64,000 nt of DNA, from the NCBI GenBank assembly GCA_018970765.1, contig JAGWVT010000006.1, positions 1,933 through 65,932 of the forward strand. The letters run 5' to 3'. Shown piece after piece: positions 25,038-35,414 of the stretch. The DNA is from Actinomycetales bacterium (GTDB lineage: Bacteria > Actinomycetota > Actinomycetes > S36-B12). The stretch's first letter is position 1; each line of letters begins with the position of its first letter. Both the position numbers and the translations under genes were made by a program. The notes beneath the pieces were generated by a model that was not told where the DNA came from, made no database searches, and worked only from the letters and a program-made list of their open reading frames with translations.

Positions 25038-28000
25038 CCTCACCGGTGCGCACCATCAGGAATCCAGCGTCCACCTGATCAAGGCCGATGCCGCACTCCA
25101 GCGCCCAGGCGGTCGCGTAGATCGCCAACTGCATCGGGTTGGTCGAGCTCCCCGTTTTCCAGTCGATGACATCGAAGCGGCCATTGCGTTCGAAGACCGC
25201 GTCAATGCGTCCTCGAACGACCCGGCCATCGATGACGAGGGCGAACGGATGCTCGATCGCGACCGGTACACGATCGGCAAACGCACTGGCCTCGAAGGCA
25301 CTCTTCAAGCTCTGCAGATCCGCGTCGACTAATTCCGCGTCAGCCGCGCCCGGGATGTCGTCGGGAACAAGGAGGGTCTGCTGACCAAAGCGCTGCTCGG
25401 CCCAGTGATGGAAGGCGATACCCCGCCGTGCCGCAAGTGATGGGCGTTGGGGCATTGGTCTGGCCAGATCCTCCGCAAGACGCTCCGGTTCGGAAAGCGC
25501 CCGCAGCAGGACACTTGCCGACACCGAATCGGGAAGGCGGACCCGGCGGTGGCGTTCCCGGCTTCGACGAGCCTCGACGAGGAATGCCGCGGCATCGGTG
25601 TCCCAGGTGGCAATCTGGCGTTGCTCGGCTTCGGTGAGCCGCGCTTCGCTGGGTGTTCGGGGCATACCGGGCAAGGCAGCCGGACGCTCCCGCCATTCCT
25701 GGACCGCCTGGGCAGCCTGAGCCACGGCCCGACGTTGCCCGATCGCAGGTGGCCAGGCAACCTGTGGTGGGCCCTGCTCCAGTAGCGGGTTGGTCGCATC
25801 GTCGGCCGGCTTTGCTGCCCACTCCACCACGGTGCCCACACCGTCTGCGCAGGCCTGCTGAACTGCCGCCAGGTACGGGCTCTCGGCGAATGGCTTCACC
25901 TGCGTCATGCCCCAGCGATAGCCCGTCACCGTCAAGCTGTGTCGCGCACGAGTGAAAGCAACGTAGGCAAGGCGACGATCATCCAACTCGTGCAGTTCCC
26001 GCAACAGGTCAACGTAGGCATCCAAATCCTTCGGGCGCGGGGGCTGGTCATGCGAAGGGAACGGCGGGAGCCCCGTTGGTGCATCCTCGCGCAGTGCGTA
26101 GGGCACCTGAGTTGGATCCTTGACCCAGGTTGTGCGTGCCTTGCCACTTGGGAAGGTGCCGGCAGAAACGGCAGGGACAAACACATGGGGGAACTCCAGG
26201 CCCTTCGCCTTGTGAATGGTCATCAACTGCACTGCGTTTGCCGCAGGGAGATCTTCCATCGGTAGATCGACGTCAAAACGCTCGATGTCCGCGAGCAGAT
26301 TCAAAAATGCACCAAGTGAGTGTGTGCCGGAATCATCCGCGAGGGTCAGGAATGAGCGCAGGGCGATGGAGTGCCCAACGTCATTGGTGTCTAGCGCAGC
26401 TTCGGCCGCCAGCCCGGTGACAGTAATGACGCGCGCGATGAAGGCTCCTAGGGGCTGCCCAGCGGAGCGTCGCAGACTGCGCAACTCGGCATCAAGTTCG
26501 GCGAACCGTTCCCATGCCTGGGCGCTGTACTGCTGCTCATCGCCGGGATCTGCCAAGGCATCACCGAGTGCGAGCGCTTCCACCGGATCGCTGCCAGCCA
26601 CTGCGGCATCCAGTGCCTCGTAAACATTCGACGTCTTGGGTCGACCCCCACCGTCGGCGAGTTCACGTGCCCGCCGTCCTAGGGCGGCTAGATCACGCGG
26701 GCCGATTGCCCAGCGCACACCGGTCAACAGACGAGCCAGTGCGACGTTGTCAGTCGGGTCATGAACTGCGCGCAGAACGGCATAGACGTCAGCGACCGCA
26801 GGCTGCTGCAGGAGCCCGGCCGCTCCGTGCAGTTGCACGGGGATGCCCTGCTGCTCCAGTTGCACCGCGATGTCCGCGAGGATCGACCCAGTGGCACCCA
26901 GTACGGCGATTGACTCCCAAGGATTGGTTTGACCCAGTTCCCTTACCTGGTTGCAGATCCAGGCACGTTCTTGGAGCACTGTCTCAAAGAGCGCGCAGGT
27001 CAACTTCCCAAGCGGTCTGGTCTCATCACCCGGAATAAGTTCACCAACATTTGGATGACGTTCGCGCAGTTCCTGCGAGGTGGTATTCGCGGCCGCCAGA
27101 ATCGCCCTGTCGGAGCGTCGATTGCTGGTCAACTTCAGGTCCGGGGCAGCGGCCTTCAGGTGGGGTTCGGTGAAGTGCGTCAGGAAGCCGTCGATGGTGT
27201 CCAATGACGCGCCCCGCCAGGTGTAGAGCGCCTGACATGGATCGCCCACCGCAGTCAAGCCATGACCGCGGCCGAAGATCTGCTGCAGGATCCTGCGTTG
27301 CGCAACCGAGGTGTCCTGGTACTCGTCCAGCAGCACCAGGTCGAACGTCGATCGAAGTCCCTCACCGATCGATGGGAACCGCGTCACCAAATCCAAGGCA
27401 ATCCGAGTCTGGTCGGCGTGATCAAGCACCCCGCGCTGCTTCTTCACTTCACGCCACTGCAGAACGAGTTGGGCAAGAAGACCTCTGCGGCGGCTGGTGC
27501 CCACAAGCGTGCGCCCGGCGCCAGACAGGCTTGGCAACGACTCCAGCCAGGTGACTTCATTGTCGTCGTACTCGATGAGCTTCTCGGGTTCTACTGCCAG
27601 ATCCGCCAGTGACTGGTCGAGGTCTATTAGCGCATTGACCAACTTCCTGGGTGTGAAGTCAGCGACCCCTAGCGGCAGATCAGAGGTGCAGATGAGGCGA
27701 TGCGCCAGCTGGCGGGCTTGGCCGTCGCCGAGCAGGGGCGCAGTGGGTTCGATCCCCAGACGCAGACCGTGATCGGCGATGATGCGAGCCGCGAACGCGT
27801 GGTAGGTCAGCACGGTCGGTTCAAGTTGCACGACTACATCGGCCTGCATGCGTTGCAGGATGCTGCGCACATCGCGTCGCAATTCACCCGTGGCCTTGGT
27901 GGTGAATGTCAGCCCTAGCACCGACTCAGCGTCCACCTGGCCGGTGGCCACCAGCCAGGCCACGCGTGCGGCCATCGCGGTCGTCTTTCCGGTGCCTGCA

Positions 28001-28104
28001 CCGGCCACAACGACCGCCGGCGACAAGGGTGCGCGTAGCACCCCCCACTGCTCCTCGCTGAGGTCGAAGCCGAGGGCGTTGTGCAGATCCTGCTGGCTCG
28101 TCAT
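24988..28104 (-). CDS. adnB: helicase-nuclease subunit AdnB (UvrD-like motor plus RecB-like nuclease)
   Basis: The ATG at 28104 overlaps the adnA stop (ATGA). Walker A VVAGAGTGKT; C-terminal nuclease motif GRIDAVFERNGRFDVIDWKTG; no Cys cluster. Confidence 0.8.
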   Translation of the reverse strand: MTSQQDLHNALGFDLSEEQWGVLRAPLSPAVVVAGAGTGKTTAMAARVAWLVATGQVDAESVLGLTFTTKATGELRRDVRSILQRMQADVVVQLEPTVLTYHAFAARIIADHGLRLGIEPTAPLLGDGQARQLAHRLICTSDLPLGVADFTPRKLVNALIDLDQSLADLAVEPEKLIEYDDNEVTWLESLPSLSGAGRTLVGTSRRRGLLAQLVLQWREVKKQRGVLDHADQTRIALDLVTRFPSIGEGLRSTFDLVLLDEYQDTSVAQRRILQQIFGRGHGLTAVGDPCQALYTWRGASLDTIDGFLTHFTEPHLKAAAPDLKLTSNRRSDRAILAAANTTSQELRERHPNVGELIPGDETRPLGKLTCALFETVLQERAWICNQVRELGQTNPWESIAVLGATGSILADIAVQLEQQGIPVQLHGAAGLLQQPAVADVYAVLRAVHDPTDNVALARLLTGVRWAIGPRDLAALGRRARELADGGGRPKTSNVYEALDAAVAGSDPVEALALGDALADPGDEQQYSAQAWERFAELDAELRSLRRSAGQPLGAFIARVITVTGLAAEAALDTNDVGHSIALRSFLTLADDSGTHSLGAFLNLLADIERFDVDLPMEDLPAANAVQLMTIHKAKGLEFPHVFVPAVSAGTFPSGKARTTWVKDPTQVPYALREDAPTGLPPFPSHDQPPRPKDLDAYVDLLRELHELDDRRLAYVAFTRARHSLTVTGYRWGMTQVKPFAESPYLAAVQQACADGVGTVVEWAAKPADDATNPLLEQGPPQVAWPPAIGQRRAVAQAAQAVQEWRERPAALPGMPRTPSEARLTEAEQRQIATWDTDAAAFLVEARRSRERHRRVRLPDSVSASVLLRALSEPERLAEDLARPMPQRPSLAARRGIAFHHWAEQRFGQQTLLVPDDIPGAADAELVDADLQSLKSAFEASAFADRVPVAIEHPFALVIDGRVVRGRIDAVFERNGRFDVIDWKTGSSTNPMQLAIYATAWALECGIGLDQVDAGFLMVRTGEVIRPTPLPDLVAALHR

Positions 28105-31100
28105 GACAGCACCTGCTGACCCTGCGGCTTCGTCGGACAACTCCAGGCATGGGCGCAGAAATTGCAGTGCTGCCCAGCAACGGCAACGAAGGCCTCGGTG
28201 CGAACCGTATGAGTGGCGGATGCCAAATCACGTTCGATCCAGGTCGACCCCTCCTCCGGGATCGGGTCTTGAAACTGCACCTTGGGCGCACTGCTCCCCT
28301 TCGACTGCTCTAGGCGCAGTTGCACCAGTGCCGCACCACCGGTGCGCTGCTCCTCATCAGCCTGAAGCAGGAGCTGGTAGACCCCCAACTGAGGAAACCG
28401 TGCCAGTTCGGCTGCCGAGACCGCCGATCGCGTGGTCTTCAGATCGATCGCCACAAGGCGACCCTGCTCATCTCGCTCAACCCGATCCAAGAATCCACGC
28501 AGCCGTACCCGATCGGTGCCGGTTGGGGTCGGGAGCACTACTTCGGCTCGGTACTCGCGTTCGGTGCTCACCAGTTCACGAGCAGCAGCCAGGTGGTACT
28601 CGATAAAGCGACCTAATGCCAACCGCGCCTGGTCACGCTCCGTCTCAGACTGCCAGCGCGCATCGAAGCGCAACTCGCGCCATACGCGGTCCACCAGGCC
28701 GTCGGCAATCGCCTGATCGGCAGGTACCTGCCCGCTGCCGATGCCATCAGCAACGGCATGCACCACACTGCCGAACCGCGTCGCTGGACTCTTCACCGAC
28801 TCGGCCGCCGCTTCATGGTCTAAGAACCAGCGCAGTGGGCAGGTATTCAACATGCCCAGGCCGCTGCCCGAGAGTGCGAGCGGCTCATCCGTAGGTCGCA
28901 CCGCAGTGACGCCCGGGCTGGGTTCGCGGGCACCCCACCAGCGCCGAGGATCAGCCGCCGGTACCAGCGCGGTGCCATCTGCGTCGCGCGCGTCGGCCAG
29001 CTCGGCCAGGCGCTGGGCCGCAGCCTCGCGCAGGGCAGGCGAAGTGCTGGGGTCCTGCAGCACGTGTCGCAGGCGAGCCACCAGAGCGATCATCGACGCC
29101 GCCTCCCGTGGCCGCGGTGCTACTGGCTGCACGGGTAGGTCGAGGTCATGAATGAAGCGGCTGACCTCCTGGTCACCCTGTTCAGCAGAGGCCACCGTGG
29201 TGATCGTGACCTTCTCACGAGCACGGGTACAGGCCACATAAAAGAGGCGACGTTCTTCAGCCAGGAGTTCGCTTACGGTCGGGGGCTCACCAAGACCCAT
29301 CGGGCTCAACCGCTCGGACTGCAAGATTGATCCGCGCTGACGAAGATCGGGCCACTCGCCTTCCTGAGCACCGACGAGCCAAACGCGATCCCACTCCAAA
29401 CCTTTGGCGCGGTGTGCGGTGAGAATGCGTACCGCAGCAACGTCCAGCGAGCGTTCAGCTACCGGCTCCGCGGGGATCTGCTGGGCCTGCAAGGCCGCCA
29501 GGAGGAAGGTGATCCCGGCGATGCCGCGGTAGCGCTGCTCAGCACGGTCCGCGGTGTCGAACAGGGCCAGTACTGCGTCGATCTCGCGATCGGCGGTACG
29601 TGATCCACGAAGGGCAGCCCGTCGAAGTCGTTCCGGCCAACCATGCGCTCGACCGCCATCGGGAAGTTCACCGGACCACAGCGTCCAAAGAATCAATGCC
29701 GCCGGTTGCCCCTGCTCGACCTGCTCGTGAGCTCGCAGTAGCAGTGCGCGAAGCCGCTGCAGGCCCTGCCAACTGTCGGACTGACGCTCGTCCACGCGCA
29801 CAATCGCAGGCAGGGTGCCGCGCAGGGCGTCGCGCAGCAGTTCGGCGGAGGTGGGGAGCGCACCGGGTTCGACAACGGCACGCATTGCGCGACGTAACTC
29901 GCGGCCAAGGGAGCGAAGGTCACCGGCATCCAGTCCGCCGATCGGTCCGGCGAGAATTTCCAGTGCCTCGTCCGTTCCTAGATTCGGTAAATCGACCGCG
30001 GCCTGCGCCGCGGCCAACAGGACCGCCACCGCAGGCTCGGCGCGCAAGGGGCGTTCGTCTGCAGCGATCATCGTGGGCACTTCAGCGTTGGCCAACATGC
30101 GCTGCAGGGCGGGGATGTGCCGCGCTGTGCGTACCAGGATGGCCATCTGGTCCCATGGGACCTGCTCATCAATGTGCGCACGCCGTATCTGCTCGGCGAT
30201 GCCCGCATCGCGGCTGACCTCGGATGCATAGGACTGCACAACGATCTCGCCGCCCGAACTCTGGCAAGTCGGGTTGCGATGTGCCAGCAACACATCGCGC
30301 GAAATGGCGCCGCTGCCATGTGCGGTCAGTGGACGGCTCCCCAAAATTCGCGTTACTGCGTCGCGCAGCTGCCTACCGAAGCGACGCGTGTTGCGCAGAA
30401 CTACCACCGGCGCGGGCTGCCCCGTCGCGGTGCGAAACTGCTCAGGGAATCGCACGATTGCACGCACGTCCGCGCCACGAAATGCGTAGATGGCCTGATC
30501 GGGATCGCCGACGGCGACCAGGGAGCAGTCCGGACCAACGAGTGCCTGCAACATGGCCACCTGCAGGGGGTCGGTGTCCTGATACTCATCGACGTAGATC
30601 GCCCGGAACTGACGATGCATACGCTGCTGTGTTGCTGGTTCGCGAAGCTGCAGCACTGCACGATGCAGGAGTTCGGCGTAGTCACAGACGTTCTCCAGGA
30701 CCATAACCTCGCTGTCCTGGCGAGCCAATTCCGCTAAGGCAACCCAGGCGGGCTGCCCAGCCTCGCGGCCAATACGTGCTAGATCGATCGGGTCCATCCC
30801 CAAGGCCCGTGCCCGGGCAAGGACAGCGCGGATCTCGTTGGCGAGCCCCAACGTGCCCACGGCCTCGGCAAACTCGGCTGGCCATTCGATGCTCCCGTCA
30901 TCGATGGCACCACGCAGCAGTTCGCGAATGCGCACATCGTCCTCAGCACCAGAGAGCAGTCGCGGGGCCTCGCCTTCTACCGCCGCGTCGGCGATCATGC
31001 CGAAGGCAAGCGCGTGGAAGGTAGCTACGATGGGCAGGCGCCCCGGTAAGCGTCGCGCCAATCGATCCCGCAACTCACCGGCAGCACGACGGCCGAAGGT

Positions 31101-31376
31101 CAGGACCAGAACCTGGTCACCGGATAGCGGTTGCGCAGGATCGGTGAGGCGGCGGGCAACCGCTTCCACGATGGTGCTGGTCTTCCCAGTGCCGGGCCCG
31201 GCGAGCACCAGCAGCGGGCCGTCCCGATGGTTGGCAACGAACTCCTGCTCGGGATCCAACTGCGGAGCAGGCGCCGGCGCCGGCGGCGTCAGGTCGAGTT
31301 CCCAGCTCCATGCTGGGCTCTTGGCATCAGGATTTTTGCCATCACTACTCGTGGACGTGCCCACACCCGACCCCAT
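28101..31376 (-). CDS. adnA: helicase-nuclease subunit AdnA (UvrD-like motor, nuclease, Fe-S Cys cluster)
   Basis: Walker A VLAGPGTGKT. The C-terminal CNFCAHAWSC (C-x2-C-x5-C) matches the AddB/AdnA iron-sulfur motif. It is the first gene of the pair, as Rv3202c is. Confidence 0.8.
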   Translation of the reverse strand: MGSGVGTSTSSDGKNPDAKSPAWSWELDLTPPAPAPAPQLDPEQEFVANHRDGPLLVLAGPGTGKTSTIVEAVARRLTDPAQPLSGDQVLVLTFGRRAAGELRDRLARRLPGRLPIVATFHALAFGMIADAAVEGEAPRLLSGAEDDVRIRELLRGAIDDGSIEWPAEFAEAVGTLGLANEIRAVLARARALGMDPIDLARIGREAGQPAWVALAELARQDSEVMVLENVCDYAELLHRAVLQLREPATQQRMHRQFRAIYVDEYQDTDPLQVAMLQALVGPDCSLVAVGDPDQAIYAFRGADVRAIVRFPEQFRTATGQPAPVVVLRNTRRFGRQLRDAVTRILGSRPLTAHGSGAISRDVLLAHRNPTCQSSGGEIVVQSYASEVSRDAGIAEQIRRAHIDEQVPWDQMAILVRTARHIPALQRMLANAEVPTMIAADERPLRAEPAVAVLLAAAQAAVDLPNLGTDEALEILAGPIGGLDAGDLRSLGRELRRAMRAVVEPGALPTSAELLRDALRGTLPAIVRVDERQSDSWQGLQRLRALLLRAHEQVEQGQPAALILWTLWSGELPDGGRAHGWPERLRRAALRGSRTADREIDAVLALFDTADRAEQRYRGIAGITFLLAALQAQQIPAEPVAERSLDVAAVRILTAHRAKGLEWDRVWLVGAQEGEWPDLRQRGSILQSERLSPMGLGEPPTVSELLAEERRLFYVACTRAREKVTITTVASAEQGDQEVSRFIHDLDLPVQPVAPRPREAASMIALVARLRHVLQDPSTSPALREAAAQRLAELADARDADGTALVPAADPRRWWGAREPSPGVTAVRPTDEPLALSGSGLGMLNTCPLRWFLDHEAAAESVKSPATRFGSVVHAVADGIGSGQVPADQAIADGLVDRVWRELRFDARWQSETERDQARLALGRFIEYHLAAARELVSTEREYRAEVVLPTPTGTDRVRLRGFLDRVERDEQGRLVAIDLKTTRSAVSAAELARFPQLGVYQLLLQADEEQRTGGAALVQLRLEQSKGSSAPKVQFQDPIPEEGSTWIERDLASATHTVRTEAFVAVAGQHCNFCAHAWSCPTKPQGQQVLS

Positions 31377-31481
31377 GACGGCATGCCTATCACCTCAGGC
31401 CGACACGCGGACCAACACCGCGTCGGCCATGATCCCCGGCCTCGCCCTAACGGGCAACGGTCCGTCTGACACCATCGCCTC

Positions 31482-33860
31482 GTGACCGGAGCGGGCAAGG
31501 CGAATTCGGCCGCGCTCGGTCGCATGGTCCGTCGACCCCTTGACCTGCTTCGTTTTGCCATCGCCCTGGGTCTAACCGCGGCCATCGTCCTGCTTGCTTA
31601 CTTCGCCACCAGCACGGCCGCTGGCTTGGAAAGTGACGTCACCTCCGGCGCCTCCCGGTTGCCCTCGGTGCTGGTGCTGCTCATCAACGTGACCAGCGGT
31701 ATTGGCACGCTGGCACTTCCCGTTGCCGCTGGCGTGCTGCTGATTGTCCGCCGCCGCTTCCGTCAACTTGTGGATGCACTGATCGCCGCGCTAGCCGCTG
31801 CGGTCAGCCTGACGCTGCTGTCATCACTGGTAGCAAACAGCGACCTGCCGCGGTTGCAGACGGCACTGGCCGGCACGGTGAACTTCAGCAGCGCACTGAC
31901 CGGTGGCGATACACCGGCAACCGCACCAATCGTTGGCGCGCTCGTTGCCTTCATCACCGTTGCACGATTGATGACGATCCCGGCGTGGAATGTGGTCAGC
32001 GGTGTTGTCGTGGCCTCAGTCGTCGTGGTGACCCTGCTGACCTCGAATCTCAGCGTGGCAGCCGTCGGCATGTCCATCACCGTGGGCTGGGCGCTTGGCC
32101 TCATCGCCCGGTATGCGTTCGGAACACCTTCCACCCGGCCAACCGACGCCGACGTCCTGGCCGCGCTGACCCGAGGTGGACTGGCTGTCAGCGCACTCAC
32201 TTCAGATCGCGAGACGACGCGTGGTCGCCGATACTTGGCGACCACCGACGATGGAGTTCGGTTGCGCATCACGGTCCTTGACCGAGACCGCGAGGGCGCC
32301 GGTTTGGTCAGTGCCATCTGGCGGGCACTGCGGCTGCGCGATGAACCCGGAAGCGGCGCCTTCAATATGCGTCGCAGTGTTGATCACGCTTCGCTGATGA
32401 GCCTGGCGGGCCAGGCCGCCGGAGCGCCTGTTCCCGAACTGTTGGTGGCAGCTCAGGTTGGACCGGACTCCACGGTGCTTGCCTTCCGCCAGGTGGACGG
32501 CGTGACGATCGACAAGGTCACCAACCTCAGCGATGACGATCTTCGCGCGACCTGGCAGGCGGTGGCCCGACTGCATGCCCATCAGATCAGTCATCGCAGT
32601 CTCACCGCCGCTCACATCATGCGTCAATCGCGAGGTCAGGTGTGGTTGCTGGGCGGTGAGTCCGGTGCGGTGGCCGCAAGTGACGTGGCTCAACGCATCG
32701 ACCTGGCAGAACTTCTCTGTACGCTCGCCTCACTCGTCGGCGCCGACCGCGCCATCCGTAGCGGTCAAGCAGTCCTGGGTGTGGAGGGGCTGGCCCGAGC
32801 ACTGCCCGCCCTGCAGCCGGTAGCCCTGTCCTGGTCGACACGTCGAGCGATGCGGCGCAATCGCGACCTGATGGTGCAGCTGCGCGATCGCCTTCTGGAG
32901 TCCTTACCCGGCGGACGCGTTGAGCAGATTCAACTGGAACGCATTCGACCGCGCACCCTGGTGATGATCGTGGTTGGCTCCATCGCCGGATACGTGCTGC
33001 TGTCCCAGTTGGCCGATGTCGACCTGCAGGCGCTGCTTGCACAGGCTCAGTGGTGGTGGCTCGTCGTCGCGATTGCGTTGAGTCTGGTGACCTACATTGG
33101 CGCGGCCTGGTCGCTGTCGGGTTTCGTGCCTGAACGACTCAAGTTACATCGCACCGTCATGGCGCAGGTTGCCGGTGACTTCGCGACGCTGGTTTCACCA
33201 CCGACGCTCGGCGCGGTGGCGATCAACATCAGGTTCCTGCAGCGCGCCGGATTGCCAGCAGCTCTGGCTGCCGCGTCGGTGGGCGTCTCACAGGTGATGG
33301 CCTTCATCGTGCACATCGCCTTGCTGTTGATCTTTGGCGTTGCCGCCGGTACTCAGGCCGACTTCACCTTCTCCCCGCCGCGCGAGGCCGTCATCGCGGT
33401 CATTGCCGTTGCCCTCGTGGCACTCGGCTTGCTCGCTGTGCCGGCAATTCGGCGTCTGCTAACGAAGCGCCTGGGGCCGACCTTGAAGGAGGTCGGGCCA
33501 CGCCTGACCACGGTGGCCCAGCGGCCTTGGAAACTGGTCGAGGGCATCGGTGGCGCAGTTCTGCTGAACCTGGCCTACATCGGTGTCCTGGCCGCCTGCA
33601 TTCATGCATTCGATGGTCAGATCAACCTTGCGCTGGTTGCCGTGGTCTACCTGACCGGAGCGACCATCGGGCAGGCGGCACCGACGCCGGGGGGTCTGGG
33701 TGCCGTCGAGGCGGCACTTGCCGCTGGGTTGGTCGCCGCCGGTTTGGACGGTTCGCTGGCTGTTTCGGCAGTTCTCCTTTACCGACTGGTGACGTTCTGG
33801 GTGCCAACGATTCCCGGGTATTGGGCATTCACCTCGCTGACCAAGCGCGGGGCGCTCTAG
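31482..33860 (+). CDS. three-module membrane protein: N-terminal TM bundle, kinase-like domain, flippase-like UPF0104 / lysyl-PG-synthase-type TM domain
   Basis: 792 aa. About 6 N-terminal TMs. The central soluble part contains LHAHQISHRSLTAAHIM (kinase catalytic-loop-like). The C-terminal part has about 8 TMs with GGLGAVEAALAAGLVAAG. Confidence 0.65.
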   Translation: MTGAGKANSAALGRMVRRPLDLLRFAIALGLTAAIVLLAYFATSTAAGLESDVTSGASRLPSVLVLLINVTSGIGTLALPVAAGVLLIVRRRFRQLVDALIAALAAAVSLTLLSSLVANSDLPRLQTALAGTVNFSSALTGGDTPATAPIVGALVAFITVARLMTIPAWNVVSGVVVASVVVVTLLTSNLSVAAVGMSITVGWALGLIARYAFGTPSTRPTDADVLAALTRGGLAVSALTSDRETTRGRRYLATTDDGVRLRITVLDRDREGAGLVSAIWRALRLRDEPGSGAFNMRRSVDHASLMSLAGQAAGAPVPELLVAAQVGPDSTVLAFRQVDGVTIDKVTNLSDDDLRATWQAVARLHAHQISHRSLTAAHIMRQSRGQVWLLGGESGAVAASDVAQRIDLAELLCTLASLVGADRAIRSGQAVLGVEGLARALPALQPVALSWSTRRAMRRNRDLMVQLRDRLLESLPGGRVEQIQLERIRPRTLVMIVVGSIAGYVLLSQLADVDLQALLAQAQWWWLVVAIALSLVTYIGAAWSLSGFVPERLKLHRTVMAQVAGDFATLVSPPTLGAVAINIRFLQRAGLPAALAAASVGVSQVMAFIVHIALLLIFGVAAGTQADFTFSPPREAVIAVIAVALVALGLLAVPAIRRLLTKRLGPTLKEVGPRLTTVAQRPWKLVEGIGGAVLLNLAYIGVLAACIHAFDGQINLALVAVVYLTGATIGQAAPTPGGLGAVEAALAAGLVAAGLDGSLAVSAVLLYRLVTFWVPTIPGYWAFTSLTKRGAL

Positions 33861-33904
33861 TCAGCGGTGCTCGAAACAGTGGTGCAGGTGCGCAAGTGCG
33901 CACC

Positions 33905-34135
33905 ATGGCCCACCATGAGCACATGTCCCAGACACCTGATGCCGGTAGTTCTGCTCCAGTGACCATTCGCGCCTGCGCCAACGGCCCCTACGAGGTCAGC
34001 GGCCTGGCCGCGATCCTTGCCGACGACGGGTCGGTGATCAAGGAAGGCGAGAAGGCGTACCTATGCCGCTGCGGTCAGTCAGCGCGTAAGCCGTTCTGTG
34101 ACGGCACCCACAACAAGATCGGCTTTGAAGGCTAA
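33905..34135 (+). CDS. CDGSH iron-sulfur domain protein
   Basis: ATG at 33905, 76 aa, with CRCGQSARKPFCDGTH. Confidence 0.85.
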   Translation: MAHHEHMSQTPDAGSSAPVTIRACANGPYEVSGLAAILADDGSVIKEGEKAYLCRCGQSARKPFCDGTHNKIGFEG

Positions 34136-34138
34136 CGA

Positions 34139-35329
34139 CTAGTACGTGGGCTTGTCTGGTTCCACCTGTTGGACCCAGGCAAGTACGCCACCGCCGACGT
34201 GAACGGCGTCGGCGAAGCCGGCGCCCTTGACGACCGCCAGGGCCTCGGCCGAGCGCCCACCGACCTTGCAATGCAAAACGATGCGGCGATCAGTCGGCAG
34301 GTCGGCTAATGCCGAGCCGTCCAGGAATCGGTCCTTAGGTATCAGCACCGACCCGGGGATTGCCACGATCTCGTATTCATGTGGCTCACGCACATCAATG
34401 AGGACGAAGTCATCACGGCCGGCTTCGCGCGCGTCGAGCATGCGGCGCAGATCCTGCACCGAAATGGTTGCATCCCGCGCCGCCTCGGCAGCCTGGTCTG
34501 AGATCGTTCCGCAAAAGGCCTCATAGTCAATGAGCTCGGTGACGGTGGGGTTCGTGCCGCACACCGCGCAGTTCGGGTCCTTGCGGATGCGAACCGTGCG
34601 GTACTGCATTTCCAGTCCGTCATAGACCATCAAGGTGCCCACGAGCGGAGTTCCGATCCCGGTGATCAGCTTGATCGCCTCAGTTACCTGGATCGAGCCG
34701 ATTGACGCACAGAGCACGCCGAGTACGCCACCCTCGGCGCAGGATGGAACCATGCCTGGCGGCGGCGGCTCGGGGTACAGGCAGCGATAGCAGGGACCGT
34801 ACTCAGCCCAAAAGACACTGGCCTGACCGTCGAACCGGAAGATCGACCCCCAGACGTAGGGCTTGCCGAGCAGGACGCAGGCATCGTTGACGAGATAACG
34901 CGTGGCGAAGTTGTCGGTGCCATCCACGATGAGGTCGTACTGGCTGAACAGTTCCAGGACATTGGTGCTGTCCAGACGCTCCTCGTGAAGTGTGACCTCA
35001 ATGAGTGGATTGATTTCGGTGATTCGATCCCGGGCACTTTGCGCCTTCGGGCGTCCGACATCGGAGGTGCCGTGGATGATTTGGCGTTGCAGGTTCGATT
35101 CGTCCACCACATCGAATTCGACGATGCCCAAGTGCCCCACACCCGCAGCTGCCAAGTACATCAGGGCCGGACTTCCCAGCCCACCTGCTCCCACGCAGAG
35201 CACCCGTGCGGCCTTGAGCCGCTTTTGGCCCGTCATGCCGACATCGGGAATGATCAAGTGACGGCTGTAACGCCGGACTTCGTCAACGGATAGTTCTGCG
35301 GAGGGTTCGACCAGTGGGGGCAGACTCAC
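34139..35329 (-). CDS. moeZ: adenylyltransferase/sulfurtransferase MoeZ (ThiF domain plus rhodanese)
   Basis: RYSRHLIIPDVGMTGQKRLK, VGAGGLGSP, CxxC pairs, and a C-terminal rhodanese domain with LHCKVGGRS. Confidence 0.85.
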   Translation of the reverse strand: MSLPPLVEPSAELSVDEVRRYSRHLIIPDVGMTGQKRLKAARVLCVGAGGLGSPALMYLAAAGVGHLGIVEFDVVDESNLQRQIIHGTSDVGRPKAQSARDRITEINPLIEVTLHEERLDSTNVLELFSQYDLIVDGTDNFATRYLVNDACVLLGKPYVWGSIFRFDGQASVFWAEYGPCYRCLYPEPPPPGMVPSCAEGGVLGVLCASIGSIQVTEAIKLITGIGTPLVGTLMVYDGLEMQYRTVRIRKDPNCAVCGTNPTVTELIDYEAFCGTISDQAAEAARDATISVQDLRRMLDAREAGRDDFVLIDVREPHEYEIVAIPGSVLIPKDRFLDGSALADLPTDRRIVLHCKVGGRSAEALAVVKGAGFADAVHVGGGVLAWVQQVEPDKPTY

Positions 35330-35414
35330 ACGCTTACGGTAAATGAGGATCGGGGTCCTGCGCGACCCGCCGTTGCTCCTGCAAGTGGCTTGCAGAAAGT
35401 CGATCCAGTCTTAC

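Noticed and set aside
20321-31376. UvrD2 and the two large helicase-nuclease genes as an anti-phage defence system
   Set aside because: The gene order (ABC1 kinase, uvrD2, mycoredoxin, nudC, adnA-adnB), the HRDC/Cys-tetrad and the Fe-S C-x2-C-x5-C features match the conserved mycobacterial DNA-repair neighbourhood. These are housekeeping repair genes.
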